A stretch of DNA of 64,000 nucleotides, taken from NCBI GenBank assembly GCA_937901455.1, contig CALDIA010000088.1:1479-65478 (forward strand), read 5' to 3'. The number at the start of each line of letters is the position of its first letter. Within the stretch, counting starts at the first letter, position 1. Origin of the DNA: an uncultured Bacteroidales bacterium (lineage in GTDB: Bacteria > Bacteroidota > Bacteroidia > Bacteroidales > WCHB1-69). Below, one piece after another: positions 28,801 to 36,095 of this stretch. Position numbers and translations under genes: made by a program. The notes below the pieces were generated by a model that worked only from the letters and a program-made list of their open reading frames with translations, searched no databases and was not told where the DNA came from.

Positions 28801-30654
28801 GATATATGGATATACCGTGGTGCTGGAGGCATAGCCGCCGCGGTTCCAGCATTCAGGATAGGCCGTTGTGCCTGTTCCATACGTGTCAAAAGTCTCCTCG
28901 TAGGGCACTGACACTCCCTGACATTGGGTCGTGAAGGTCAGAGATTGAGAGGCCCAAATGCTCTCATCGCCAGCCCCACAGTCAGCCTGTACCATGAAGG
29001 TGAGATTATAGCTGGTGCTGGGAGTCAACCCTTCAATAACGTACATGGAGTCAGAAACACCATAAATGGTTGTCCAATCTGTCTCATCGGAAAATTTGTA
29101 CGAGACATTCCAAAGGGTTTCAAGGCCTCCTGGTGTCCATGAAATGCTGATTTGCTCATCAGTGTTTGTATAGCTGATGTTTGACGGACGCTCGCAAGTG
29201 GGGATGTATTCCAGTGTGAAATCGTCAATATACATGCCCATTATGGCACCCATGTCTCCGCACTTAAGAGCAATATAATGGTCATTACCCGTGTAGTTGT
29301 CAAAGTCCACTTCGAAATATTCCCACGTGGAGGTGGCTGAGGGGGTAAGCGTGTCGTATGGGTGGAATGAGGTGCCGTCCATAGGGTTGGTAATGGTGCC
29401 GATGACAATCTTATAGTTTGCACTTCCTTTTCGCAACATCATGGAAACCCGCAGGGTGTTGATATTGATGCTGGTGTCAATTTTTGGAGTGCTGGCAATG
29501 TCGTAATATGTTGACGATGCATACATATACAAGCTGGCGGGTGCGGAATAATTATACGTGGAATAGCAGTAGGGATAGGTGGTGGTGGTACTGCTGTAGA
29601 ACTTGGTCCAGCAAGAGGGAAAAGTACCGGTGCCAGTGCCGTAGTTGTCAAAGTTTTCTGTATAAGGGAGGTTGAATATGGTGCATGGATCAGCCAGCGT
29701 GGTGACGCATACCGGAGCCGAAGAGGCACTGCCAGTTGGCGTATATACAGCCTCTACTGTATAGCAGTACGGCGTTTCCATATTCAAACCCTCATCAGTA
29801 TATTCGAAATTCTCTATAAGACTGGTGTTAATCTGTGCACCGTCACGATAGATGTTAAAGCCCAGAAGATCTTCCGACACAAAGGTTCCTTTCACAATGA
29901 AGGGAACTCCTAACTGTTCCAAAGAGGTGTCGTCCGACCAAGCCAGCCATACCCCATTCACCAATTGGATACCATTGCCAGTGCTCACCACGCCAGGAAT
30001 ACTGACAGGCGGGCACCAAGGGCCACTGCTTAAGGAACCGTTCATGGAAACCGTCACCCAATAGGTGCCGGCAGGCAAGGTGGTGTCAATGTTGGTGATC
30101 ACACGCATGATGGGCCGTGTCGTGTCCATAAGCCCAGTCGCCGTTGTACGGTAAATGCCTGTCCAGGATGTTGAGGTCATGACATTGTTTGTACCTGAAG
30201 TCCAAATAGGTACGGAGCTGCTGTCAATAGGTTCCGAATCGTAGATGGAAATGTATGCCTCCGTAATGGTCGAAGTGGTTGTCGAACCTGTCTGATAAGC
30301 AAAAAAGTCAATGGTGCTGATGTGCGCCGCTACTGGCAACGTGAAATCATCACCCACTTTGAATTTGGCCGTCTCGTTTATGTTTCTACCCAAAATGGTT
30401 TGGCCACCATAGGTGCAACTGACATCGTTGCCAGCATAACCGCCTCCAGGGTAAATCACCATCTGCGACTGGTCCCACAAGTTGATACGCAACGGTTGCG
30501 TGGTGCCCGATGGCACACCCCACGATACCTTGACCGAATTATGCGACAAGGCTGTGGCCGTTACATTGGTCGGGGGATTCTGCTGAGCGAACAAATTCGG
30601 ACAGCAAGTCATCAATCCCACACAAATTAGCAGAAATAGATGTTTGTTTTTCAT
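22822..30654 (-). CDS. Giant (2,610 aa) modular cell-surface protein: FN3 units plus eight tandem MAM / choice-of-anchor-J-like + FN3 modules, with a T9SS type-A C-terminal sorting domain
   Basis: This is a single uninterrupted ORF. The signal peptide is 'MKNKHLFLLICVGLMTCCPNLFAQQ'. The motif set 'LPYTE.FD.YGTGT..FP.CW', 'YPYI..T', 'ALYFY', 'KTSANYK..VGVM.DP', 'YTGNG.YIAF' recurs, alternating with FN3 units. The C-terminus 'KLYPNPASQVVNVEC...GLYYVRVTT' is a T9SS CTD. Confidence 0.85.
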   Translation of the reverse strand: MKNKHLFLLICVGLMTCCPNLFAQQNPPTNVTATALSHNSVKVSWGVPSGTTQPLRINLWDQSQMVIYPGGGYAGNDVSCTYGGQTILGRNINETAKFKVGDDFTLPVAAHISTIDFFAYQTGSTTTSTITEAYISIYDSEPIDSSSVPIWTSGTNNVMTSTSWTGIYRTTATGLMDTTRPIMRVITNIDTTLPAGTYWVTVSMNGSLSSGPWCPPVSIPGVVSTGNGIQLVNGVWLAWSDDTSLEQLGVPFIVKGTFVSEDLLGFNIYRDGAQINTSLIENFEYTDEGLNMETPYCYTVEAVYTPTGSASSAPVCVTTLADPCTIFNLPYTENFDNYGTGTGTFPSCWTKFYSSTTTTYPYCYSTYNYSAPASLYMYASSTYYDIASTPKIDTSININTLRVSMMLRKGSANYKIVIGTITNPMDGTSFHPYDTLTPSATSTWEYFEVDFDNYTGNDHYIALKCGDMGAIMGMYIDDFTLEYIPTCERPSNISYTNTDEQISISWTPGGLETLWNVSYKFSDETDWTTIYGVSDSMYVIEGLTPSTSYNLTFMVQADCGAGDESIWASQSLTFTTQCQGVSVPYEETFDTYGTGTTAYPECWNRGGYASSTTVYPYINTTNYSSPGALYFYGTSTVPTWATTPKINGNLSAYEVAFKLRKTSANYKIMVGVMTDPLDGATFVPLDTLTPQATSVWESFSVPLTSYTGNGHYVAFMTPAGSANYMYLDNVVVDFTHSCDFPTNLSTDNITTNSAEITWSPVSAVSTYNLSFKLDEDSVWTEVYGITDTTYQLTGLQDGQYYQIRVNSNCSDGTNSSWSDILTLQTYCLPITTLPYTEDFDSYGTGTTAFPTCLTKYNTYSGTSSYPYISTTHYSGVGALYFYSTSAYMDGASLPAIDNSINMQDLQVSFKAYKTSAAYKLIVGIMSDPLDPTTFEPVDTISPDDNSTWQTFDISFANYTGTGRYISFRTGFSAVNSLYIDDLVVDYIPSCQKPRNLTITNPQTNSLTASWKSGNSGCSYLLQYKNLHEDMWQDVTTTDTFLVIFNLVPNTAYEVRVSAICSDGTQSAWTDIKKGNTSCGIISTFPYYESFDSYGTGTGTMPTCWTKNYSGTTSTYPYINTTNASAPGALYMYTASTYYVVAATPEIDSTVSLNQLQLSFMARKTSANYALIVGVMSVPTDLTTFVPLDTVSPNATNTWEQFDLSFPNYTGNAHHFAFRSGSGSAANTIYVDNVVIDYLPTCFRPTDVSVSHYVQNGVTVSWNPAENESAWNIAYMAEDDSIWTNVFSVTDTFYQISDLAANTTYLVKVQSDCGNEVSEFTIPISFTTICTAIDSLPFTENFESYSTGTSSFPDCWMRRTSSVTNYPYINSTAYNSSRALYFYRTTSSYCYAVLPEIDPSININELSVSFYLRKSIATANMEVGVMTDPYDPATFQLVELVSPSEITVFEPFTTQFTSYSGNGRFIAFRVVEGATASYYLDNIVLDYTPECIEPSGLAITNIMSSSAMVNWFSPTTISSWEFMYGPAGFDTTMANVLTLGDSYYDMTGLSPNTDYDVYVRAICPDGRSGWTHATFSTSCMPINTFPYTEDFDTYGTGTTTFPDCWKKISNATSAPYINSTTASTGLTLPGALYFYSSSATTYQYAVLPEMDANIADLQINLAFKAAMNSVHHLDIGVMTDANDTSTFELIESIVPQTAVWNGFTVPFTSYTGTGKFIAFRVLGVTTCYVDHIVVDYVPGCVLPHNLAADNISTTSADVSWVAGHSETEWIISYGPVGYFPNTNGTSTTVSQNSFQITGLEPATTYDFYVKAVCSATETSEWSNKYTFQTNCLLIDSLPYVESFDDYGTGVGSFPTCWNRYSSYISSTRYPYISTTHSSGVGSLYFYSTANTHTIATTPEFDPSIDLSTVRATFKMYKSTASYHLKVGVMSDPNDINTFVEITDLSPSATSSWEEFNVDFDTYTGNGHYIAFVSIGSANYMNLEDVTIQYIPTCEAPVNLHLTDINLNSASVAWEVAYGVTGFDVETATGIPATTTSITLNNLTANTTYDVYVKQICSADDESYYSHVFTFSTLCEPISTLPYEENFDNMTGSTSGTVNNLPNCWNYYNNGTYSTYAGYPIVYNSTTYAASGTNAIRFYTNTGSTYGDEALIFPSINTTTYPLTSLQLSFDARMYLSSSSYNFLLYVGVLANPTDFNSVVPIDTIQVTSTAYTTFTTTFENFNGSGSSIVIWAPHISNASYNAGYLDNIVIEEIPCETPTNIQVSNITSSSAVVTWTPGGSESAWNVAYRETTGSSWVTLSATAPSVMLNSLNPETDYSVRVQADCGNTQSDWSDLVSFTTLPAPNCPTPTNLNVALDTTTATFSWTQEPNTANVWELWYRPAGGNYQSVTTSAPTYILQNLTLDVAYEAYVIAHCTNGVNSDPSNVITFTAASTPTCPAPTNLTSEVANTNVTLTWQQQSNTATEWQINYRHTTEDSWSMTIATSTTYTLTDLAANVTYEANVVALCSNGLVSDPSNTITFETHNIGIDDHLSNSVKLYPNPASQVVNVECELGNEATVIEVYNVYGQALMTIGTDGRTTTQISVADLADGLYYVRVTTAKGMVTKPFVKR
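23623..29685 (-). repeat. Eight tandem, diverged coding modules of 729-816 nt (243-272 aa) inside the giant gene
   Basis: I counted the module boundaries on the protein. In nt, from high to low, they are 29685, 28923, 28176, 27423, 26670, 25923, 25167, 24438 and 23623. Each module opens with a Cys followed by the PY.E.FD motif. The copies are clearly diverged, not identical. Confidence 0.8.
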
Positions 30655-30712
30655 AATAGTTAGGTATTTGTTAGATAAAGAGATAAGCTTATTTCTTTTT
30701 GAAATAGCGGAG

Positions 30713-30720
30713 CAAAAGTA
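30713..30720 (-). promoter_or_regulatory. Candidate -7 box for the giant gene
   Basis: The minus strand reads TACTTTTG, 59 nt upstream of ATG 30654. It lies inside the ORF-track extension to 30744, so I reject that extension. Confidence 0.4.
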
Positions 30721-30733
30721 AATATTTTTTTGG

Positions 30734-30749
30734 AAAAGGTGCACCTTTT
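30734..30749. promoter_or_regulatory. Perfect 16-nt palindrome AAAAGGTGCACCTTTT in the divergent giant-gene / grpE intergenic region (candidate operator)
   Basis: Read directly. It sits about 14-30 nt upstream of the candidate -7 box of the giant gene, where a -33 element would be expected. Confidence 0.3.
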
Positions 30750-30901
30750 TTTGTTAAAAATATTCAAAGAATCAAAATGACAAATTGTGTTGAAAAACCT
30801 GTGGCTATAAAATGATTGGCAAAATTTTTGCAATGTAAAGAAGGTGTATTTTTTGAGAATAGACAATCAGACAACAGTAAATAACAGAAATACAATATAT
30901 T

Positions 30902-31543
30902 ATGAATGAAGAAATAAAAGATTCTATTGAGGAGGAAGTACCTCGCGGCGAGGCCGTCTCTGACAATATTGAGCCTACTGACACTATGTCGGATGCCCAT
31001 GTTAAATCTGAAAACGACGATAAGAAAGAGGAAGGCAGATCCATTTTTTCAAAGAAAAACAGCAAGGACAAGCAGAAAATGGATGAATTGGAAGCCCAAG
31101 CGGAACGTTTGTCAGCTGAGAAGGCTGAGCTCAACGACCGTTTTCTGCGTCTCTATTCCGAATTCGACAACTATAAAAAGCGGGTTAGCAAGGAGAAACT
31201 GGACTTGATATCCACCGCATCCGAGAAGGTGATTGTGAGTTTGTTGCCCATCATGGACGATTTTGAAAGAGCCATTGCCGCCAACGAAAAAGTAGAGGAT
31301 GTTAATGCCATCAAGGAGGGCTTCACGCTTATTTACAGCAAGTTGCTTCAAATGTTGAAGAAGCTGAATGTGACGGAGATTGAGGCTATCGGACAGGTTT
31401 TTGACACGGATGTTCATGAAGCCGTCACCCATTTCCCAGTTGAGAAAGAGGAAGATAAGGGCAAGGTAATTGATGTGACCGAAAAAGGCTACAAATTGGC
31501 TGACAAGGTGATTCGTTATGCAAAAGTAGTTGTTGGCCAATAA
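30902..31543 (+). CDS. grpE: Nucleotide exchange factor GrpE
   Basis: 213 aa with 'LRLYSEFDNYKKR' and 'FDTDVHEAV', directly upstream of dnaJ. Confidence 0.95.
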   Translation: MNEEIKDSIEEEVPRGEAVSDNIEPTDTMSDAHVKSENDDKKEEGRSIFSKKNSKDKQKMDELEAQAERLSAEKAELNDRFLRLYSEFDNYKKRVSKEKLDLISTASEKVIVSLLPIMDDFERAIAANEKVEDVNAIKEGFTLIYSKLLQMLKKLNVTEIEAIGQVFDTDVHEAVTHFPVEKEEDKGKVIDVTEKGYKLADKVIRYAKVVVGQ

Positions 31544-31561
31544 TAGAGAGGAGATATAATA

Positions 31562-32722
31562 ATGGCAGAGAAAAGAGATTATTATGAAGTGCTGGGGGTC
31601 ACCAAGGAGGCCACAGCAGAAGAGATAAAGAAAGCTTACCGGAAGAAAGCCATGCAATATCACCCTGACCGAAACCCGGGTGATGCGGGGGCGGAGGAGA
31701 AGTTCAAGGAGGCGGCCGAGGCTTACGATGTGCTGAGCAACCCTGACAAGAAGGAGCGTTACGACCAGTTTGGACATGCGGGTATGGGCAACGCGGCCAC
31801 CGACTTCTCGGGTGCCAATATCAATGACATCTTCACCCACTTTGCCGATATCTTCAATGGCGGCTTCGGGGGCGGTTTTAATATTGGCGACTTTTTCGGG
31901 GGCGGCGGAAGCACGGCCCAGCGCGTACGCCGTGGCAGCAATATCCGCATCAAGGTAAAACTGACTCTTGAGGAGGTGGCCTCCGTGACTGAGAAGAAAC
32001 TGAAAATCAACAAATATGTGGCTTGTACCCATTGCAATGGCACCGGCGCCAAAGATGAACATAGCAAGGAAACATGTCCGACCTGCCATGGCCGCGGCCA
32101 AGTGATGCAACAGCAACGTTCTATGTTCGGAGTTATCCAACAAGTGTCAGAGTGCCCTACATGCCACGGTTCTGGTGAGGTTATTAAAGACAAATGCCCA
32201 CACTGCCATGGCAACGGCATCGTCAAGGGCGAAGAGGTGGTGCAGATTTCCATCCCCGCAGGCGTGGATAATGGCATGCAACTCACCCTGCGCGGCAAGG
32301 GCAATGCCGCAGCTAACGGTGGCGTCAATGGCGACCTGCTCGTCGCGATCGAGGTGGCCGACCATGACATCTTTGAACGTGATGGCAATAACCTGTATCT
32401 CAACTATCATATCAGCATCCCGCAGGCTGCTCTCGGTGCCTCCGTGGAGATACCCACCCTCACCGGCAAGGCTCGTATCAAGATTCCCGCCGGCACACAA
32501 AGCGGCCAAGTATTGCGTCTGCAAGGCAAAGGATTGCCTGAAATTAACCGCAACAACGTTGGCGACCTCATTGTTAACATCAACGTCTGGACCCCGAAGA
32601 GCCTGACCCGCGAGGAGAAGGAGATACTCGAAAAACTGAGCTCCCACGATAACTTCGTGCCTAAACCCGGCAAGAGCGACCGCAGCGTCTTCAACCGCGT
32701 GCGCCAGTTCTTCAACGACTAA
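31562..32722 (+). CDS. dnaJ: Molecular chaperone DnaJ
   Basis: 386 aa. It has a J domain 'DYYEVLGV...YHPDRN', a G/F region and four CxxCxGxG zinc-finger repeats. Confidence 0.95.
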   Translation: MAEKRDYYEVLGVTKEATAEEIKKAYRKKAMQYHPDRNPGDAGAEEKFKEAAEAYDVLSNPDKKERYDQFGHAGMGNAATDFSGANINDIFTHFADIFNGGFGGGFNIGDFFGGGGSTAQRVRRGSNIRIKVKLTLEEVASVTEKKLKINKYVACTHCNGTGAKDEHSKETCPTCHGRGQVMQQQRSMFGVIQQVSECPTCHGSGEVIKDKCPHCHGNGIVKGEEVVQISIPAGVDNGMQLTLRGKGNAAANGGVNGDLLVAIEVADHDIFERDGNNLYLNYHISIPQAALGASVEIPTLTGKARIKIPAGTQSGQVLRLQGKGLPEINRNNVGDLIVNINVWTPKSLTREEKEILEKLSSHDNFVPKPGKSDRSVFNRVRQFFND

Positions 32723-32859
32723 CAAAACCTATTCTATCAGATATTTTTGCCCTTTTAACCCGATTATGGACGACCTTGCGGCGCGGCGGGTTATCAGCGC
32801 GACCGGTTCCAAGTAGCCGCCCACCAGCGCCATCCGTTATTGTTTCGAAAAAGTAATGC

Positions 32860-33258
32860 CTACTCCCGCTCCAAATGGGGCTTGACAGGGTCGTCCAAGC
32901 GGTAGATGTGGTCGTATTCCACGGCTATTACGCCCTTCACATGCCTAAAAAACTGCATGGTCTCCTCCAAGGTCTTTTCTTCTGGTTTTTTGAGGGCCAT
33001 ACCCGGAATGAAGTTGTAGTCGTAAATGATTTCCGCCTTGTACTCTTCTATTGCCTTGAGCAGAGGCTTTTTACCCACAAGGGTGTCATACATGACGATA
33101 AAGTTGGTAGGGGAGTGCTCCTGGACAGGGGGGCGTTGTGTGATGGTATCCGGAAGTTCCACCGCTTGCTGGGCTCTGCACGATAACAACATCAACATGG
33201 CAAACGGGAGTATGAGCAAGAAAGCCTTTAGAGCCAAGTATTGGATTTTGTTTTTCAT
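32860..33258 (-). CDS. Small lipoprotein with peptidase-inhibitor I9 (subtilase propeptide)-like fold pattern
   Basis: 132 aa with signal/lipobox 'LMLLSC'. The core '[69 protein letters not shown]' follows the beta-alpha-beta-beta-alpha-beta I9 spacing as I remember it. No subtilase is nearby. Confidence 0.45.
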   Translation of the reverse strand: MKNKIQYLALKAFLLILPFAMLMLLSCRAQQAVELPDTITQRPPVQEHSPTNFIVMYDTLVGKKPLLKAIEEYKAEIIYDYNFIPGMALKKPEEKTLEETMQFFRHVKGVIAVEYDHIYRLDDPVKPHLERE

Positions 33259-33533
33259 TTTTGCAGGTATTTTTTTCGTTCCTCCTTGGAAAATTTTTCA
33301 ATGGCATAGCACAACATGGTTCGCGGCATTGTTTTGTATCGCGTTGACAGCCATTTTTTCAATTGTTGGTCGTCACGTTTTCCCGCCTCGCGCGTTGTGG
33401 GCACCTTCACGCCAAGGAACACATCGCCCTCGCCGTATTGTCCTTTGCCCGTTTTGAAAAACCGCGACAGGTTCACTGCTTGCTCCGCATCTTGATGGGA
33501 GAGCATTTCGCTGTATAGGATGTTGCTTCTCAT
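33255..33533 (-). pseudogene. AlkD-like DNA alkylation repair protein remnant with an in-frame internal deletion (92 aa retained)
   Basis: The N-terminal block '[22 protein letters not shown]' is joined directly to the C-terminal block '[32 protein letters not shown]'. Family members I know are more than 200 aa, with HEAT-like repeats between these blocks. The stop overlaps the next gene's ATG (ATGA). Confidence 0.5.
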
Positions 33534-33649
33534 TATTCACCTGATTAATATCTGTAGAAGCACTCCTCAACCTCACCCAGCGAAAGGCCATATTCATGGA
33601 AATTTTCGAGGTTCATGACTGCTTTGTAACATCTTTACTTTTAACGGGG

Positions 33650-33657
33650 CAAAGATA
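33650..33657 (-). promoter_or_regulatory. Candidate -7 box for the AlkD-remnant / I9-like operon
   Basis: The minus strand reads TATCTTTG, 34 nt upstream of a 23-codon mini-ORF (ATG 33616) that precedes the 92-aa ORF. Confidence 0.35.
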
Positions 33658-33751
33658 ATAAAAATAGTTGGCCTCAGGTTCTTTACACATGGTTTTTCAT
33701 AAATGATGTATGAAAGACAGGGATGTTGTTCAGGTATGATGGTAAAAAATG

Positions 33752-33759
33752 TATCTTTG
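33752..33759 (+). promoter_or_regulatory. Candidate -7 box for the GH3 gene
   Basis: TATCTTTG ends 20 nt upstream of ATG 33779. It overlaps the ORF-track start at 33749. Confidence 0.45.
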
Positions 33760-33778
33760 CGCTCTTAAAATACACAAT

Positions 33779-35971
33779 ATGAAAGTATGGTCATTGTTTG
33801 GGATGTTTTTATTCATCCTTTTCACATTGTCGGCCCAACAGGGTGATTTAACTCAAGATTGGAGAACCGCTGGAAGTTGGTTACCTCCAGATTTCTCCTT
33901 TCAAGACACTTCCCTGCCTATGGGTCAGCGGGTGGAGATTCTCCTGCACCAGCTCACCTTGGATGAGAAACTGGCTATGATGGAGCATCAGAATCCCGCC
34001 ATCCCGCGACTCGGTGTTCCAGCCTACAGTTGGTGGAACGAGGCGTTGCATGGGGTGGCCCGCAACGGCTATGCCACCGTCTATCCCCAACCCATCGGTC
34101 TCGCCGCCACCTTTGATGTGCCTGCTGTAAAAGAGCTGTTTTCCTATATAGCTGAGGAGGGTCGTTGGAAGTTCGAGGAGGCCCAGCGCGACAAGGAATA
34201 TGGCGATTACAAGGGTATCTCCTTCTTCACCCCCAACATCAATATTTTCCGGGATCCCCGCTGGGGACGCGGTATGGAGACCTACGGAGAAGACCCTTAT
34301 CTGACGGCACAGATGGGAAAGGCCTGTGTGCAGGGGCTGCAAGGTGATGACCCCAACTATTTCTTGTCGTTGGCCTGCGCAAAACACTTCGCCGTCCACA
34401 GCGGCCCAGAGTCTATTCGCCACTCCTTTGACGTGTCGGTGACCCCCCGTGATTTGTGGACCACTTACCTGCCCGCCTTTGAAACGCTTGTCAAGGAGGC
34501 CAACGTGCAGCAGGTGATGTGCGGCTACAACCGTTTAGACGGGGAACCCTGTTGCACCAACCAGCATCTCCTTGTACAGATTCTTAAGGAACAATGGGGT
34601 TATGAAGGCCTGTTTGTCACTGATTGCTGGGCCTTGAACGATGCCTGGGAGCATGACACTGTAATCCCTCGTCATGAGACCTACCCCACGGCCGCAGACG
34701 CTGCCTCGGCAGCCTTTGGCTCTGTCATCGACCTCGAATGCGGTAGCGGCCTGCCCGCCCTCAAAGAAGCCGTGAAACTCGGCTACATCGATGAGGGTGT
34801 CATCGATGACCACGTTCGCAAAATCCTTACCGCACGTATGCGTCTGGGACTCTTCTCCGAGGAAGAAATGTACCGCTGGAAAGGTGGCAAGGATGTGCAA
34901 GTGGAACCTCTCGACTATTTTAGCTTGTCTTATCGTATGGCCCAAGAGAGTATGGTGCTGTTACAAAACAAAAACAATATCCTCCCACTCGACCTGAAAA
35001 AATATAAACGCATTGCTGTGGTCGGCCCCAATGCCGACAATGACACGATGATGTGGGGTAACTATAACGGTACTCCTTACCATACCGTCACTATTTTGGA
35101 AGGTATCAAAAATTATGTGAAGAAAGAACACGGCCCATCCGTCTATTACGACCAGGCCTGCCACCACGTGGACGGTCTCTACAAGCTGCCTGCCAATTTT
35201 GACAGGGAGATTGCCAAGTGCGACCTTATCATTTTCGTGGGTGGCCTTTCGCCTGCGCTGGAGGGAGAACAGTTAGATGTGGAGGTGGACGGTTTCTTGG
35301 GAGGCGACCGTACTTCAATAGAACTGCCTCGCATCCAAAACGGGATGCTGCGCAAACTTAAAAAGACCGGCAAACCTGTCATCTTGGTGTTGAACTCCGG
35401 CAGTGCTGTCGCGCTGGATTGGGAAGATGAAAACTTGGACGGCATCCTCTGTGCCTGGTACCCCGGAGAGGCCGGCGGGTTAGCAGTGGCCGATGTGCTC
35501 TTCGGCAAGCATAATCCTGCGGGACGACTGCCCGTGACCTTCTACAGCGCTCACAACGACCTGCCCCCCTTCGACAATTACGATATGCATGGACGCACTT
35601 ACCGATTCATGACGGAAAAGCCTCTCTATCCTTTCGGCTATGGTCTCAGTTACAGCACTTTCTCTTACTCCAACTGCGAATTCAATACGGATGAGAGGAA
35701 GTTTACGTGCACCGTCACCAACAAAAGCAACCGCCCTGGCGATGAGGTGGTGCAGGTCTATCTGACAAACCCGCAAGACCCGGAGGGGCCCGTCAAGACC
35801 TTGGTAGGCTTTGAGCGCATAAAGCTGGGATCCAACATGTCTGAAACGGTATCCTTCACCATTGATGAGCGCTTCTTCCAATCCTTCAATGACAAAGACC
35901 AAACCTTTGAATTTCGCCCTGGCACCTTCTTTATCATGGTGGGTGACCAAACCCTGGAAGTGCACATATAA
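33779..35971 (+). CDS. Glycoside hydrolase family 3 (beta-glucosidase / beta-xylosidase-like), secreted
   Basis: 730 aa from ATG 33779, with signal 'MKVWSLFGMFLFILFTLSAQQ'. GH3 blocks are 'WWNEALHGV', 'RDPRWGR..E.YGEDP', 'KHFAVHSGPE' and 'GLFVTDCWAL', plus a C-terminal FnIII-like domain. Confidence 0.9.
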   Translation: MKVWSLFGMFLFILFTLSAQQGDLTQDWRTAGSWLPPDFSFQDTSLPMGQRVEILLHQLTLDEKLAMMEHQNPAIPRLGVPAYSWWNEALHGVARNGYATVYPQPIGLAATFDVPAVKELFSYIAEEGRWKFEEAQRDKEYGDYKGISFFTPNINIFRDPRWGRGMETYGEDPYLTAQMGKACVQGLQGDDPNYFLSLACAKHFAVHSGPESIRHSFDVSVTPRDLWTTYLPAFETLVKEANVQQVMCGYNRLDGEPCCTNQHLLVQILKEQWGYEGLFVTDCWALNDAWEHDTVIPRHETYPTAADAASAAFGSVIDLECGSGLPALKEAVKLGYIDEGVIDDHVRKILTARMRLGLFSEEEMYRWKGGKDVQVEPLDYFSLSYRMAQESMVLLQNKNNILPLDLKKYKRIAVVGPNADNDTMMWGNYNGTPYHTVTILEGIKNYVKKEHGPSVYYDQACHHVDGLYKLPANFDREIAKCDLIIFVGGLSPALEGEQLDVEVDGFLGGDRTSIELPRIQNGMLRKLKKTGKPVILVLNSGSAVALDWEDENLDGILCAWYPGEAGGLAVADVLFGKHNPAGRLPVTFYSAHNDLPPFDNYDMHGRTYRFMTEKPLYPFGYGLSYSTFSYSNCEFNTDERKFTCTVTNKSNRPGDEVVQVYLTNPQDPEGPVKTLVGFERIKLGSNMSETVSFTIDERFFQSFNDKDQTFEFRPGTFFIMVGDQTLEVHI

Positions 35972-36095
35972 CCTGCGGGAGTTGCCAAAATTCCTACAGA
36001 TGCAGATATACTCAAAGTAAAGGGTTTGGAAAATTGAAAATGCTGATGGTTCGTTTTTCCTACGAATCGACAAGGTGTGTTTTCGCTTTTCGGCC

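Noticed and set aside
30655-30744. Upstream extensions of several ORF-track entries: the giant gene to 30744, purL from 3901, C10 from 18179, GH3 from 33749, rpe to 47604, coaE to 46043, the OmpA gene to 14314, Sel1-TonB to 22586, T9SS-B from 57209, and truA to 60776.
   Set aside because: In each case a canonical signal peptide or conserved family N-terminus begins at an internal ATG. The extension either contains the candidate -7 box or overlaps the neighbouring gene.
31112-32143. A 343-aa ORF antisense to grpE/dnaJ. Similar antisense ORFs lie at 55671-56708 (345 aa, opposite the S9 peptidase) and 51978-52613 (211 aa, opposite guaA).
   Set aside because: The reasoning is the same in each case. 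Each lies wholly opposite a strongly supported gene, spans the grpE-dnaJ intergenic gap without regard to it, and has no protein-like features.
32768-32831. A GC-rich ~64-nt island downstream of dnaJ ('ggacgaccttgcggcgcggcgggttatcagcgcgaccggttccaagtagccgcccaccagcgcc'). It has a 'GGTTCCAAG' that superficially resembles a tRNA T-loop and ends in 'CACCAGCGCCA'.
   Set aside because: I could not fold a cloverleaf: there is no acceptor-stem complementarity and no T-stem around the putative loop. It also does not form a convincing terminator hairpin. It may be a gene fragment, but I have no support for any call.
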